Virus record (IMG/VR): IMGVR_UViG_3300009873_000014
Location: 5,121-69,120 of that record
Length of the DNA: 64,000 bases
From: a virus
Taxonomy: Duplodnaviria; Caudoviricetes
Reading direction: 5' to 3' (one strand)
Shown here: positions 8,961 to 18,882 of the stretch, in pieces
How positions within the stretch are numbered: position 1 is the first letter of the stretch
How the letters are laid out: every line of letters begins with the position of its first letter
The notes under the pieces: model-generated
The model's input: the letters and a program-made list of their open reading frames with translations, nothing else
Databases searched by the model: none
What the model was told of the DNA's origin: nothing
Program-made: the position numbers and the translations under genes

Positions 8961-11900
8961 GTGCCTGACTTCACCCTCGGCGGCGTTGGCGTCCGCGTAG
9001 AGCCGGACTTCGACGGCTTCACGCGGGAGGCGTCCGCCAAGCTCGACGTGATCGAGCGGGAGCTGGACCCGGTGGAGGTGAAGCTGGTCGCCGATCTCGT
9101 CAAGGGGTTCCGCAAGGAGGCAGAGGCCAAGGCTCGGGAGGCGGTCAAGACCGTCGAGGTGCCGATCGACTTGGAGCCGAACGCCCGCGGCTTCAAGGGC
9201 GAGACGCAGCGGCTCGTGAAGGAGATCTCGTCGCAGGTGACCGGCGAGATCCGCCTGCTCCCGAAGCTGTCCAAGGGCTTCAAGGGTGAGCTGCGCGCCG
9301 AGGTGGCCAAGGCCACGGCGGACATGGAGATCGTGTTCGCGCCGAAGCTGGCCAAGAACTTCCGGGCCGACCTTCGCGCTGAACTGCTCTCGGCGACCAA
9401 GGGCGTGAAGCTCGTCCTCGAACCTGAGCTGTCCAAGGGGTTCGGCAAGAAGGTGCGGGCGGACGTGGCTGCGGCCATGAAGAACGTGAAGCCCTACGTG
9501 GAGCTGTCGCCCCGCTTGGACCCGAAGTTCCGGTCCAAGCTGCGGGCGCTCGTGAAGGGGCTGTCGGCGGAGATCTCCGTCGAGGTGAACCCGGAGGGTG
9601 TCACCGAGATCCGGCGCAAGCTGCGTGAGGCCGTGGCGCTCGCCGCGCAGGGCCTCCGGGTGAAGGTGTCGGTGGACCCCGAGGTCGGCGCGTTCAACCA
9701 GCGCCTCCGGGCCTCGGTCGCTGCGCTCTCCGTGCGGTCCCGGCCGCGGGTGGGCGTCGGGGCGAACACGACGCCGTTCCAAGCGGAGCTGCGGTCGGCG
9801 CTGGCCAAGGCCAAGGCGGCTGCCGTGGTGCCGGTGCGGGTCACGGTGGCCGGCGGGGAGCGGGCGCTCTCGGGCCTCAACTCGATCCTGTCGGGGACCT
9901 TGAGCACCGTGAAGGGCCTGACGATCGGGCTAGGTGCCCTGGCCGTCGGGATCGGCGCGGTGGGCGTCGCCGGCGTCAAGAGCGCCGCCGACTTCGAGTA
10001 CGCGCAGGACGCGTTCAAGCTCCTCCTCGAAGATGCGAAGCTCGGCCAGGAGATCTTCGACGGACTGCTCAAGGCGTCCAAGGAGACGATCTTCGAGGTG
10101 CCGGACCTGTCGCCGGTCACTCGCCAGCTCATCGTCATCCGCAACACCCTCGGCGACGAGAACTTCGGGATCGACCGCATCCTCCCGAGCCTCACCACCA
10201 TCACCGACCTCGGCGCGGCACTCGACCTGACCGGCCCGCAGATCCAGCGCATCGGCCTCGCGCTCGGCAAGATCGCCGGCCGCGGCAAGCTCACCGCTGA
10301 GGAGCTGCGCTCGATCACCAAGAACGCCCCCGGCTTCTCGGCCATCGCCGCCATCGCTGAGGATCTCGGCGTCTCGATCCCCGAGGCGTTCGAGGCCGTG
10401 CGCGCCGGCGAGGTCGATAGCAAGCGGGCGATCGACGCCATCTTGCAGGGGATGAAGGAGTTTCCGGGGGCGGTGGGGGCCGGCGCTCGGGAGGCGCAGA
10501 CCACGTTCAAGGGGGCGCTGTCCAACCTGCCGGACATCGCGCGCATCGCCTTCTTCGAGTCGTTCGAGAGCCAGCTCCCCCGGCTGACCAAGCTGATCGG
10601 CCCGGACGGTCCCCTGGTCGGCGCGATGGAGGCCACCCTGCCGGCCATCGCGCAGGGGTTCACGCCGATGGCCGAGAGCGCCCTGCTGACCGTGCAGCGA
10701 CTCGCCACCCCGATCGCCAACGTGATCCTCGGGATGCTGCCCGTCATCCAGGCCGTGCTCGGGGCGATCGGCGACATGGCCCCGGCCTTCGATGCCATCG
10801 CCCGCTCGGCCTCCACCGTGCTCGTCCCGCTCGCCGAGTCCTTCCGCCGGCTCGCGCAGGTCGTGACCGTCGTGGTGGTGCAGGCCCTCGACTCGGCTGG
10901 GCCGGCCCTGACCGGGCTGACCGACAACCTCGCCGACTTCCTGGGCTACGTGGGCCAGATCGCCTACCTGGCCGGCCCGCTGATCCCCCTGTTCTTGGAG
11001 CTGGCGGGTGCCATCGCGTCCACGGTCGGCGAGAGCCTCGTGTCCCTGGCCAAGCAGTTCGCGGGGGCCTTCGAGGACGCCGCGCCCGTCCTGATCGACG
11101 TGGTGGAGACGATCGGTCTGCTCGTGCAGGAGGCGTCGCCCCTGATCGGCGTGCTCGGCGAGGTGGTGGTGCTCATCGGCACCGCTCTCGTGAAGGCCGT
11201 GAAGGGGGCGGATCTCGATGAGCTGGTCGAGGCCCTCGGCGACCTGGCCCTCGCGGCTGCCGAGATCGTGGTGGCCCTGACCCCCCTGATCCCCGTCGCG
11301 GCCGAGGTCGTGACGATCCTGGCGCAGCAGCTCCTCCCCGTGGTCGAGGCCCTTGCTCCCGTCATCACGGCCGTGGTCGTGGCCATCGGCCCGCTGATCC
11401 GGGTGCTCGCCAACCTGGCCCCGCTCCTCGTCACCGTGTTCGCTCTCGTGCGGGTCCGTGCGTGGGGGCAGGCCATGCAGGAGACGATGACGAGCGTGCT
11501 CGCGCAGATGGGCAGCCTCGGCACCAAGATCTTCGACGGGCTGACCAACGTGGACTGGGCGGCGGTCGGCCGGAAGCTGACCGCCGGGGCTGCCATCGCC
11601 ACCGCCGGCATGTCGGGCATGTTCGCCGGCGCGGCCGAGGACGCGACCACCGCCATCACCTCGATCGCCGCGGCCGGCACCTCCATCGCCATCGCCTTCG
11701 CCACCGGTGGCCCGATCCTCGGCGTGCTCGCTGTGGCCAGCACCGCCATCGGCTTCTTCTTCGGCCAGGCGCAGAAGCGGGCCAAGGAGGCTGCCGCCGC
11801 GCAGCGCGAGCACGAGGCGGCGGTGCGCTCCATGCGCGACGCGTTCATCAACGCCGGCGTGGATCAGTATTCGGCGGACCAGCAGAAGGCCATCGTCGTC

Positions 11901-14900
11901 ACCGAGGAGCTGGTGAAGATGATGAAGGAGGGCGAGGAGAACGCCGATCTCCTCAAGGAAGCCTTCACCGGCCTCGGCCTCGAAACGGGTGAGGTCGCGC
12001 TGGCCATCGCCAAGGGGACCGAGGGGCTGGACGACTTGCAGGAGGCCATCGACCGGGCCGCACGCGACAACTCGACCCTCATCTCGTCGCAGGCCATGCA
12101 GGGCCTCACCGACTTCGGCGTGCTCACCGACGACGCCCGCGCCGCCATCTCCGACCTCTCGAACGAGTGGGCCAGGACGATCGAGATGAGCCAGACCGAG
12201 GTGGAGCTGATGATCCGCGACAGCGGCGCGGACCCGTCCAACCTCGTCACGCTGATGGAGACGTACCGGGCGCTCGGCGCTGAGGTGGGCACCACGGCCG
12301 AGGTGCAGCGCCAGTTCCAAGAGATGCTCCAAGAGGATCTCGCAAACTCGCCGGCGGCGCAGTTCCTCAAGACCCTCGGCCCCGACACGATGGACGCCCT
12401 CGCGCAGCAGACCGAGCTGGCCAAGGTCCAGAAGTTCATCACCGACGAGCAGAACCGGAACAAGGGCGGCGCGATCAAGTTCGCCGAGGCGTACGACCAC
12501 GTGTCGGAGTCCCTGAACCGCGCCAACACCGCCTACAAGAACTGGGTGAACGGGTTGCAGGGCAGCAAGGTCCCGCTCGCCGACGTGAAGCTGGGCCTCC
12601 TCGACTACGCCGAGCAGCTCTTGGAGGTCCGCAACTCCACGGAGCTGTCGCCGTTCGAGAAGCAGCAGCGGGAGTTGCAGCTCGTGGCCAGCGCGCAGGA
12701 TCAGGCCACCGACGCGCTGGCCCGGTTCGTGGAGGAGAGCGGCGGCAACTACGACCTGTTCTCCGAGAAGGTGAACGCCCTCTCGTTGGAGCTGACGGCC
12801 GGCCTCGCCGAGTCGCTCGGGATCTCGCAGGAGGAGGCGTACGCGCTCGTGCAGGAGATCCTCAAGATCCCGAACGAGGCCGAGTTCAAGGTGCTCGCCG
12901 ACACCTCGAACGCCGTGACCGGGTTGCAGGACGTGCAGACCCGCGTGACCGACTACATCATGTCGAACATCTCCAACAAGGTGTTCTTGGACGCCACGCA
13001 GCCCGAGGACAAGGCCACCGTCATCCGGGCGTTCATCGACCAGTACGTGGCGAGCAACCCGACCACCGCTGCCTTCTTGGACACGCTCGACGTGACCGAG
13101 AAGGACAAGCTGGTGAACGACATTCTCACCGGCATCGACGGCAAGACCGCCACCGCCACCGTGACCGTGAACGTGGACGAGGTGATCCGCCGGTCGGACG
13201 CTCGCCAGGCCGAGATCCGTGAGGGCAAGGCCAACATCGCCGCCGGCTGGGCGGAGTTGCTGCGCCGGCAGCAGGCCGGGGAGCCGCTCGTCCAGAACGC
13301 CCTCGGCTCCGTCGTGCGCTCGCCGATCGTGTCGCTCGTCGGCGAGGCCGGCCCCGAGGTGATCCTGCCCCTCACCGACAAGAAGCGGATGGCCGAGTTG
13401 CTCCGCCAGGTCGGCGTGGACGCCTCCGTGGCCGAGGTCGCCGCTGGCATGGCCGCGGGTACCGGCATCACGAGTGGCATCGGCGGCGGCGCGGCTCCCC
13501 TGCCCGCCACGGGGGCCTCGTCGGGGGGTAGCGGCACCGTGATCGAGTGGACCGTCCAGAACGACGGGCTGGACGAGTGGGCCACCGCCACGTCGCTCCT
13601 GTTCACCACCACCACCGACGGGATCACCGCCACGCTCACGGCGTGGCAGATGAGCGTGCAGGGCATCATCGACCAGCTCGCCGCCTCGATGACGAGCCGC
13701 TGGTCGGCCACCCTTGCCGGCATGGCGGGGATGGCCACCACCGGAGGGGCCAACATCGTCGGTGCCTTGGAGGCGGCACTCGCCGAGGGGTCGGCCGTCG
13801 TGCTCGCCGTCGTAGGCGATTACGGCAACCAGCTCGCCAAGGCCCTCAACCCGATCCTCGCCGCCACCGGGGCCAAGGAGATCCCGGTGCAGCAGTTCCG
13901 AGAGGGCGGGATCAACACGCCGCGGATCGTGCCCGACGGGTCGTACAACGTCCACGTGTTCGGTGAGCGCGGCACGCACGGCGAGGCGTACGTGCCCTTC
14001 GACCCGGCGCTGCGCTCGTCGTCGCGGGCCATCGCCGAGGAGACGGTCCGCCGGCTGGGCGGGCAGGCCATGTGGTTCCGCTCCGGTGGCCTCACCGGCG
14101 ACACCGCCGGCCTGAACCCGGCGTACGCGCAGCGGCTCAATGCGTTCGCCGGTGCGGTCGGCCAGGACTACCACGTGAAGCCGGGCCACGGGTACCGCTC
14201 GTACGCCAAGCAGGCGAGCCTCTACGCCAAGTACCTCGCCGGCCAGGGCAACCTCGCTGCGCCCCCTGGCCGCTCGATGCACAACTTCGGCCTCGCCACC
14301 GACGGCCCGCACTGGGCCGGCCGCAACCCCGGTCTGTTCGGCATCGTGTTCCCTCTGCTCGGGAAGGGCGAGCCGTGGCACGCCGAGATGGCCGGTGCCC
14401 GGCAGATCGCGAAGGGCATGGTTCCCGACGGAGGCTCGATCCCTGGCCTCGTGCCGATCCCCGAGGTGCCCGTCGTGCCCGACCGGGGCGAGCTGCGCCG
14501 GGCGGCGCTGGCCAGCATGGAGCACGCTCGCGCCGAGGCGCTCGCGTGGGCGTCCAAGGTCAGCTTCGCCGCCCCCGCTGGTATCGGAGATCTCGTCGCT
14601 GCCGGCGTGCCGGTGGACGTGGCGCGGGCGCTGGCCACCATCCGAGCGATGGAGTCCGGCGGCAACTACACGGCGCGCAACCCCACCTCGTCGGCGTCGG
14701 GGGCCTACCAGTTCATCGCCTCGACGTGGGCCAACTACGGCGGCTACCCGGCGGCGTGGATGGCCCCGAAGCAGGTGCAGGACGCCAAGGCGCTCGCGCA
14801 CGTCATGGGGATCATGGCGCGCTACCCCGGCATCCTCGAAGCGGTGCCGGCGGCGTGGTACACGGGCGGCTACCCCGGCCCTGGCCGGATGGGCTACACG

Positions 14901-15245
14901 CCGGCCGGCAACTCGCTCTCCGTGCAGGAGTACGTGAACCGGTGGCTGGCCAAGTACGCCTCGATCCCCGGCTACGAGGACGGCGGGCTGTCGCTCAAGG
15001 AGAAGGTGGCCCGGATCTCCGAGCGCAACAAGGCCGAGCTGATCCTCCCGCTCACCAAGCCGAGCCGGGTGCGGGAGCTGGCCGATCAGCATGGCCTCAC
15101 GGAGTTCCTGTTGGAGCAGGAGCGCCGGCGCTCCGAGGACCGGCCGAACATGACCGTTCAGGTCACGGCTCCTGCTGCGGAGCGCCCGGAGACGTACGCT
15201 GCATCCCTGCGGAACCGTCTCGCTCCGCTCCTCGGCACCACCTAG
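8961..15245 (+). CDS. Tape measure protein with C-terminal M15-type peptidase and lysozyme/transglycosylase domains
   Basis: ~2090 aa; GTG 8961 (FTLGGVGVRV.PD start motif); tape-measure core (FEYAQ..F..LL...); GYRSYAKQ..LY...SMHNFGLA.D...EPWH; AIRAMESGGNY.A.N..SSASGAYQF...TW. Confidence 0.92.
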   Translation: MPDFTLGGVGVRVEPDFDGFTREASAKLDVIERELDPVEVKLVADLVKGFRKEAEAKAREAVKTVEVPIDLEPNARGFKGETQRLVKEISSQVTGEIRLLPKLSKGFKGELRAEVAKATADMEIVFAPKLAKNFRADLRAELLSATKGVKLVLEPELSKGFGKKVRADVAAAMKNVKPYVELSPRLDPKFRSKLRALVKGLSAEISVEVNPEGVTEIRRKLREAVALAAQGLRVKVSVDPEVGAFNQRLRASVAALSVRSRPRVGVGANTTPFQAELRSALAKAKAAAVVPVRVTVAGGERALSGLNSILSGTLSTVKGLTIGLGALAVGIGAVGVAGVKSAADFEYAQDAFKLLLEDAKLGQEIFDGLLKASKETIFEVPDLSPVTRQLIVIRNTLGDENFGIDRILPSLTTITDLGAALDLTGPQIQRIGLALGKIAGRGKLTAEELRSITKNAPGFSAIAAIAEDLGVSIPEAFEAVRAGEVDSKRAIDAILQGMKEFPGAVGAGAREAQTTFKGALSNLPDIARIAFFESFESQLPRLTKLIGPDGPLVGAMEATLPAIAQGFTPMAESALLTVQRLATPIANVILGMLPVIQAVLGAIGDMAPAFDAIARSASTVLVPLAESFRRLAQVVTVVVVQALDSAGPALTGLTDNLADFLGYVGQIAYLAGPLIPLFLELAGAIASTVGESLVSLAKQFAGAFEDAAPVLIDVVETIGLLVQEASPLIGVLGEVVVLIGTALVKAVKGADLDELVEALGDLALAAAEIVVALTPLIPVAAEVVTILAQQLLPVVEALAPVITAVVVAIGPLIRVLANLAPLLVTVFALVRVRAWGQAMQETMTSVLAQMGSLGTKIFDGLTNVDWAAVGRKLTAGAAIATAGMSGMFAGAAEDATTAITSIAAAGTSIAIAFATGGPILGVLAVASTAIGFFFGQAQKRAKEAAAAQREHEAAVRSMRDAFINAGVDQYSADQQKAIVVTEELVKMMKEGEENADLLKEAFTGLGLETGEVALAIAKGTEGLDDLQEAIDRAARDNSTLISSQAMQGLTDFGVLTDDARAAISDLSNEWARTIEMSQTEVELMIRDSGADPSNLVTLMETYRALGAEVGTTAEVQRQFQEMLQEDLANSPAAQFLKTLGPDTMDALAQQTELAKVQKFITDEQNRNKGGAIKFAEAYDHVSESLNRANTAYKNWVNGLQGSKVPLADVKLGLLDYAEQLLEVRNSTELSPFEKQQRELQLVASAQDQATDALARFVEESGGNYDLFSEKVNALSLELTAGLAESLGISQEEAYALVQEILKIPNEAEFKVLADTSNAVTGLQDVQTRVTDYIMSNISNKVFLDATQPEDKATVIRAFIDQYVASNPTTAAFLDTLDVTEKDKLVNDILTGIDGKTATATVTVNVDEVIRRSDARQAEIREGKANIAAGWAELLRRQQAGEPLVQNALGSVVRSPIVSLVGEAGPEVILPLTDKKRMAELLRQVGVDASVAEVAAGMAAGTGITSGIGGGAAPLPATGASSGGSGTVIEWTVQNDGLDEWATATSLLFTTTTDGITATLTAWQMSVQGIIDQLAASMTSRWSATLAGMAGMATTGGANIVGALEAALAEGSAVVLAVVGDYGNQLAKALNPILAATGAKEIPVQQFREGGINTPRIVPDGSYNVHVFGERGTHGEAYVPFDPALRSSSRAIAEETVRRLGGQAMWFRSGGLTGDTAGLNPAYAQRLNAFAGAVGQDYHVKPGHGYRSYAKQASLYAKYLAGQGNLAAPPGRSMHNFGLATDGPHWAGRNPGLFGIVFPLLGKGEPWHAEMAGARQIAKGMVPDGGSIPGLVPIPEVPVVPDRGELRRAALASMEHARAEALAWASKVSFAAPAGIGDLVAAGVPVDVARALATIRAMESGGNYTARNPTSSASGAYQFIASTWANYGGYPAAWMAPKQVQDAKALAHVMGIMARYPGILEAVPAAWYTGGYPGPGRMGYTPAGNSLSVQEYVNRWLAKYASIPGYEDGGLSLKEKVARISERNKAELILPLTKPSRVRELADQHGLTEFLLEQERRRSEDRPNMTVQVTAPAAERPETYAASLRNRLAPLLGTT

Positions 15246-15263
15246 ACCTCGGAGGCTCTCCAC

Positions 15264-17459
15264 GTGCAGCGGTACTTGTGCATCGACGGCGTGGAGATCT
15301 CGAACCCGAACCGGACGATCGCGTACCTCCGCAACCAGGGCGGGCACATGCTGGCCGGTGGGCCGGGCCAGTTCGCCGTCGGCGACTGCGGCTGCCCGGA
15401 GTTCGATCCCGACGGGGCGTGCTCGATCGCGGTGCGGATCTACGGCGACTGGTCGAGTCCCGGCCAGTTCTGCGGCGGGATCGAGATGCTCACCGGCAAC
15501 TACTACGACTACATCGCCACGACGCTCGTGGCCGTCATGGGGCCTGCCCCGATGCCGGTGCGCCCGCCGATGCCGCCGCTCGATGACCCGGCGTGGGTGC
15601 CGACCGGCTCGTTCCTGCTGGCCGAGCCGTTGGGCGGCTGCACCACGGACCCGGAGCCGACTGAGTTCGCCGCGTACTACCGGCTCGTCCTGACGAACAT
15701 TCACACGGGAGCCGTGGCCGAGACGGTGCAGTGGACGAGCGGCGTCACGGTCGGCCCTGGGGAGCCGCCCGGCAGCCTGTTCTCGTTCGACGGGGGAGTG
15801 ACCTGGCTGAGTCCTCTCGACGGGCCTCCGGGGGCAACTTCGTGGGAGGCGACCTACGTGTACGAGGATCTGCCCTGCGCGTCCACGCCCGGCTGGCGGC
15901 GGGCGCGACTCTTTGTCACCGCCGACGAGAACGCTCTGATGGTGGGCCAGCTCTACGTCTCGTCGTTGGCCGGTCCGATCACGACCGAGGTGAGGGCGTA
16001 CCCGTCGGCCGCGCCGGTGCTCCCTGGCGACATGCCGCCCCTGAACGATGCCGGGTGGCTCACTCTCGCGCCCGCCATGTCCGCCCCGAACGCGATGGCG
16101 GCGGGAGGCGCGTGGGCATGGGACGGGGTGCAGTACGTGGACGTGCCGGGGGACGGCTTCTACTGGACGCACGTGATCGACGCGAACGGTGAGGAGCTGG
16201 ACTTCATCGCCGCGGTCAGCTACTCGGAGTTCGCTCCCGGCGTGATCGGGTCGTACTACGTCACCGCCGATGGCGGCGCTACGTGGACGCAGATCACCGA
16301 CCTCGGCCTGCCGCTGTTGGAGTTCGGCTCGCAACCGCCGGAACCGGAGTTCACCACTCCGGTCGCCGACGATGCCCCGTGGTACGACGATCGACGGCCC
16401 GAGTCGGCCGACGTGCTGGGCGTGTGGATCAACGACTGGACGCTCTCCTCGCCGCACAAGCGCCAGAAGGACGATCGGACGTGGGGGTCCTCGATCGGTT
16501 CGACCAAGTACGTCGGCCGGGAGCTGGTGATCGCCGGCGTCGTGTTCACCACCTCGTGCAAGGCCACGGAGTACGCCAAGCAGTGGCTCTACGAGGCCCT
16601 GAACGGCGGATGCGTCGGCGGGCCGTGCGGGCTGCCCGAGGGCGTGATCTACACGGCGTGCCCCGAGGGCACCGATGACACCTCGACGGTCCGCACGCTC
16701 AAGCGGCTCGGCCTGATCTCCTACGACCCGATGGAGGGCGACGAGGACTTCCCGTGCTGCTGGGGGTTCCGCTTCGAGGCGACGCTCGCGACCGAGGCCC
16801 CGTTCATGTACCACGAACCGGTCACGCAGTACCGGGGGCCGCTGGTGCCAGCCGATCAGGAGCCGGCCTGCAACATCTGCACGCCGTGCCCGCCCCTCCC
16901 GGCGGTGTCCCCGCTCGTGTGCGGCTGCGCCGACGTGCCGGTGAAGGTGGTGCCCGAGCCGGACCCCGACGACTGCTGGTGCAACCCCGTGCAGATCAAC
17001 CGGATCTCCGTGCCCATCGCCGCGCCGGCGTTCTGGACGGACGCCACGGCCATCATCAAGATCACGGCCGGCTTCGACACGAATGATCCCGGCGACCCCG
17101 GCATCCGGAACCTCCGCATCAGGGCGTGGCAGAACCCGGTGGCGCTCCCCGGTCCGCCGCTCGGCTCGATCGAGGGGTTCAACTGCCAGGACCCGTGCAT
17201 GGAGATCGACGTGGCGTGCATCCCCCGCGGCGCGACGCTCACGATCGACGGCACGACCCGGCGCGCCACGATCTCGAACAACGGCGGCGAGGTGAACGGC
17301 TACCCGTACCTCTCCTCGGACGCCGGTGGCGCTCGGTTCGAGTGGCCCGAGGTGTCCTGCGACGGCCTCATGGTGGCCATCGACTCGGACGCCTTCGACG
17401 GCCACACGGCCCCGGACTCCACCATCGAGATCCAGATGGTGGGCCTCGACCGTGGCTGA
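15264..17459 (+). CDS. Minor tail protein (distal tail/baseplate hub-like) with internal insertion
   Basis: Directly after tape measure; YLCIDGVEI.N.NRT.AY and DDAPWYD..RPES motifs. Confidence 0.75.
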   Translation: MQRYLCIDGVEISNPNRTIAYLRNQGGHMLAGGPGQFAVGDCGCPEFDPDGACSIAVRIYGDWSSPGQFCGGIEMLTGNYYDYIATTLVAVMGPAPMPVRPPMPPLDDPAWVPTGSFLLAEPLGGCTTDPEPTEFAAYYRLVLTNIHTGAVAETVQWTSGVTVGPGEPPGSLFSFDGGVTWLSPLDGPPGATSWEATYVYEDLPCASTPGWRRARLFVTADENALMVGQLYVSSLAGPITTEVRAYPSAAPVLPGDMPPLNDAGWLTLAPAMSAPNAMAAGGAWAWDGVQYVDVPGDGFYWTHVIDANGEELDFIAAVSYSEFAPGVIGSYYVTADGGATWTQITDLGLPLLEFGSQPPEPEFTTPVADDAPWYDDRRPESADVLGVWINDWTLSSPHKRQKDDRTWGSSIGSTKYVGRELVIAGVVFTTSCKATEYAKQWLYEALNGGCVGGPCGLPEGVIYTACPEGTDDTSTVRTLKRLGLISYDPMEGDEDFPCCWGFRFEATLATEAPFMYHEPVTQYRGPLVPADQEPACNICTPCPPLPAVSPLVCGCADVPVKVVPEPDPDDCWCNPVQINRISVPIAAPAFWTDATAIIKITAGFDTNDPGDPGIRNLRIRAWQNPVALPGPPLGSIEGFNCQDPCMEIDVACIPRGATLTIDGTTRRATISNNGGEVNGYPYLSSDAGGARFEWPEVSCDGLMVAIDSDAFDGHTAPDSTIEIQMVGLDRG

Positions 17460-18600
17460 CTTCGCCACGACCTGTCTCGGGGAGGGCGAGTACGACGCCC
17501 TCGTGAGGACCCGGCGCACCAAGCTCGGCAACGCTCGGGTGATCGGCGAGCTGCGGCTCCGCTACGGCAACTGGGGCCGCGCCCTGAACGCCACCTCGAC
17601 TGCCGGCGTCACCGTGCCGATCTCGGGGCGCGACGGCGGCGACTGCTGCGAGGTGCTGAATCAGATCACCGACCCGTGGCGCTTCGAGTTGGAGCTGTAC
17701 CGCAACGGCGAGCAGGTGTGGTGCGGGCCGATCCGAGACGTGAGCGGCGACCCCGCCGGCGGCACCGGCGAGATCCTCGCCTCCGACCTCTCGTACTGGA
17801 ACACGGTGCGGGTGTTCCTGCACACGATGAAGCCGCGCGGCGTGGACCTCGCCGAGATCTACGCCGGCTACCTCAACTATGCCTTCAAGGGCATCCTCCC
17901 GACGTGGGCCGAGGGCGACCACGAGCTGTACCACGACGATCCCGGCATCACCGTGTCCCCAACGCCGGTGGGCATCCCCGGCGACCGGACCGTGGCCCCG
18001 GCCGACCTCAAGTACCTCTCCGGCGAGTTGGAGGAGTTGGCGCGCACCGGGTGCGACTGGACGGTCACGAACCGGACGTGGTGGGTGGGCGGCATGGTCA
18101 TCACCAAGCCCGGCACCACGACCCCGATCGTGCTCCCCGGCTGGCTCACCGATGAGCACTTCCGCCGACCGGGCCGCATCCGCCGCACCGGCGAGGGCCA
18201 GATCACCGAGGGCCACGTGCGCGGCAACGCCGTGCGCGCCTCGCGTGGCGGGCCGGACCCGGTGGACGGGGTGCTCGTGCAGCGGGTGCTCGATGAGTAT
18301 TCGATCGAGGATCAGGCGTCGTGCGACGCCTCGGCCGACACGTGGTACGAGCGGGCGCGGGACCCGCTGGTCTACTTGGAGGGGAACAACGCCCTCGACC
18401 CGTCGGCCCCGCTGGACATTCAGACCCTCATCCCTGGCGTGCTGACCAAGGTGGATCTCGGCGGCGGCGGGTGCGTGCCGATCCGGACCAAGCTCCGCTT
18501 CGAGCGGCTCTCGGCCAACTTCAATGCCGAGGGCGAGGAGATCACCGTGGCGCTCCAACCGCAGGGCACCTCGTTCGACGCTCGTGGGGAGGGCGGCTGA
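17452..18600 (+). CDS. Minor tail protein (Tal-like)
   Basis: GTG 17452; WGRALNATS.A, EL..YRNG..VW.GP, APLDI..LIPG motifs. Confidence 0.7.
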   Translation: MADFATTCLGEGEYDALVRTRRTKLGNARVIGELRLRYGNWGRALNATSTAGVTVPISGRDGGDCCEVLNQITDPWRFELELYRNGEQVWCGPIRDVSGDPAGGTGEILASDLSYWNTVRVFLHTMKPRGVDLAEIYAGYLNYAFKGILPTWAEGDHELYHDDPGITVSPTPVGIPGDRTVAPADLKYLSGELEELARTGCDWTVTNRTWWVGGMVITKPGTTTPIVLPGWLTDEHFRRPGRIRRTGEGQITEGHVRGNAVRASRGGPDPVDGVLVQRVLDEYSIEDQASCDASADTWYERARDPLVYLEGNNALDPSAPLDIQTLIPGVLTKVDLGGGGCVPIRTKLRFERLSANFNAEGEEITVALQPQGTSFDARGEGG

Positions 18601-18833
18601 TGGCGAACCGAGACAGCGGTGCGATCTTGGGGGGTGCCGACGAGGCCGTGTTCCGCGCTCTGCTCGCTCGGGTGGCGCGCCTTGAGGCGCAGGTGCGAGA
18701 TCTCCAAGCTCGGGGCGACGCGATGCTGCCGGCGGACTTCCGCTACGAGTGGGTCGCCATCGGTGGCCAGCGCGCCGTCGTGATCCGCCGGGTGTCCACT
18801 GGGGCGACGGATCAGATCACGGACCCGATGTAG
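18600..18833 (+). CDS. Small coiled-coil tail-region protein
   Basis: 77 aa; TGA/ATG overlap; LLARVARLEAQVRDLQ heptads. Confidence 0.55.
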   Translation: MANRDSGAILGGADEAVFRALLARVARLEAQVRDLQARGDAMLPADFRYEWVAIGGQRAVVIRRVSTGATDQITDPM

Positions 18834-18882
18834 GGGTAGGCTCCGCAGCGCCGGGGTCGGGCACGCATCACGAGGAGTCCGT

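Noticed and set aside
9930-17531. 2533-aa minus-strand ORF (also 51755..54601 +, 56449..59079 -, 100..1104 + and many similar)
   Set aside because: Antisense or off-frame shadows of real high-GC genes; Arg/Gly/His-rich with no RBS or motifs, and stop-poor because of GC3 bias
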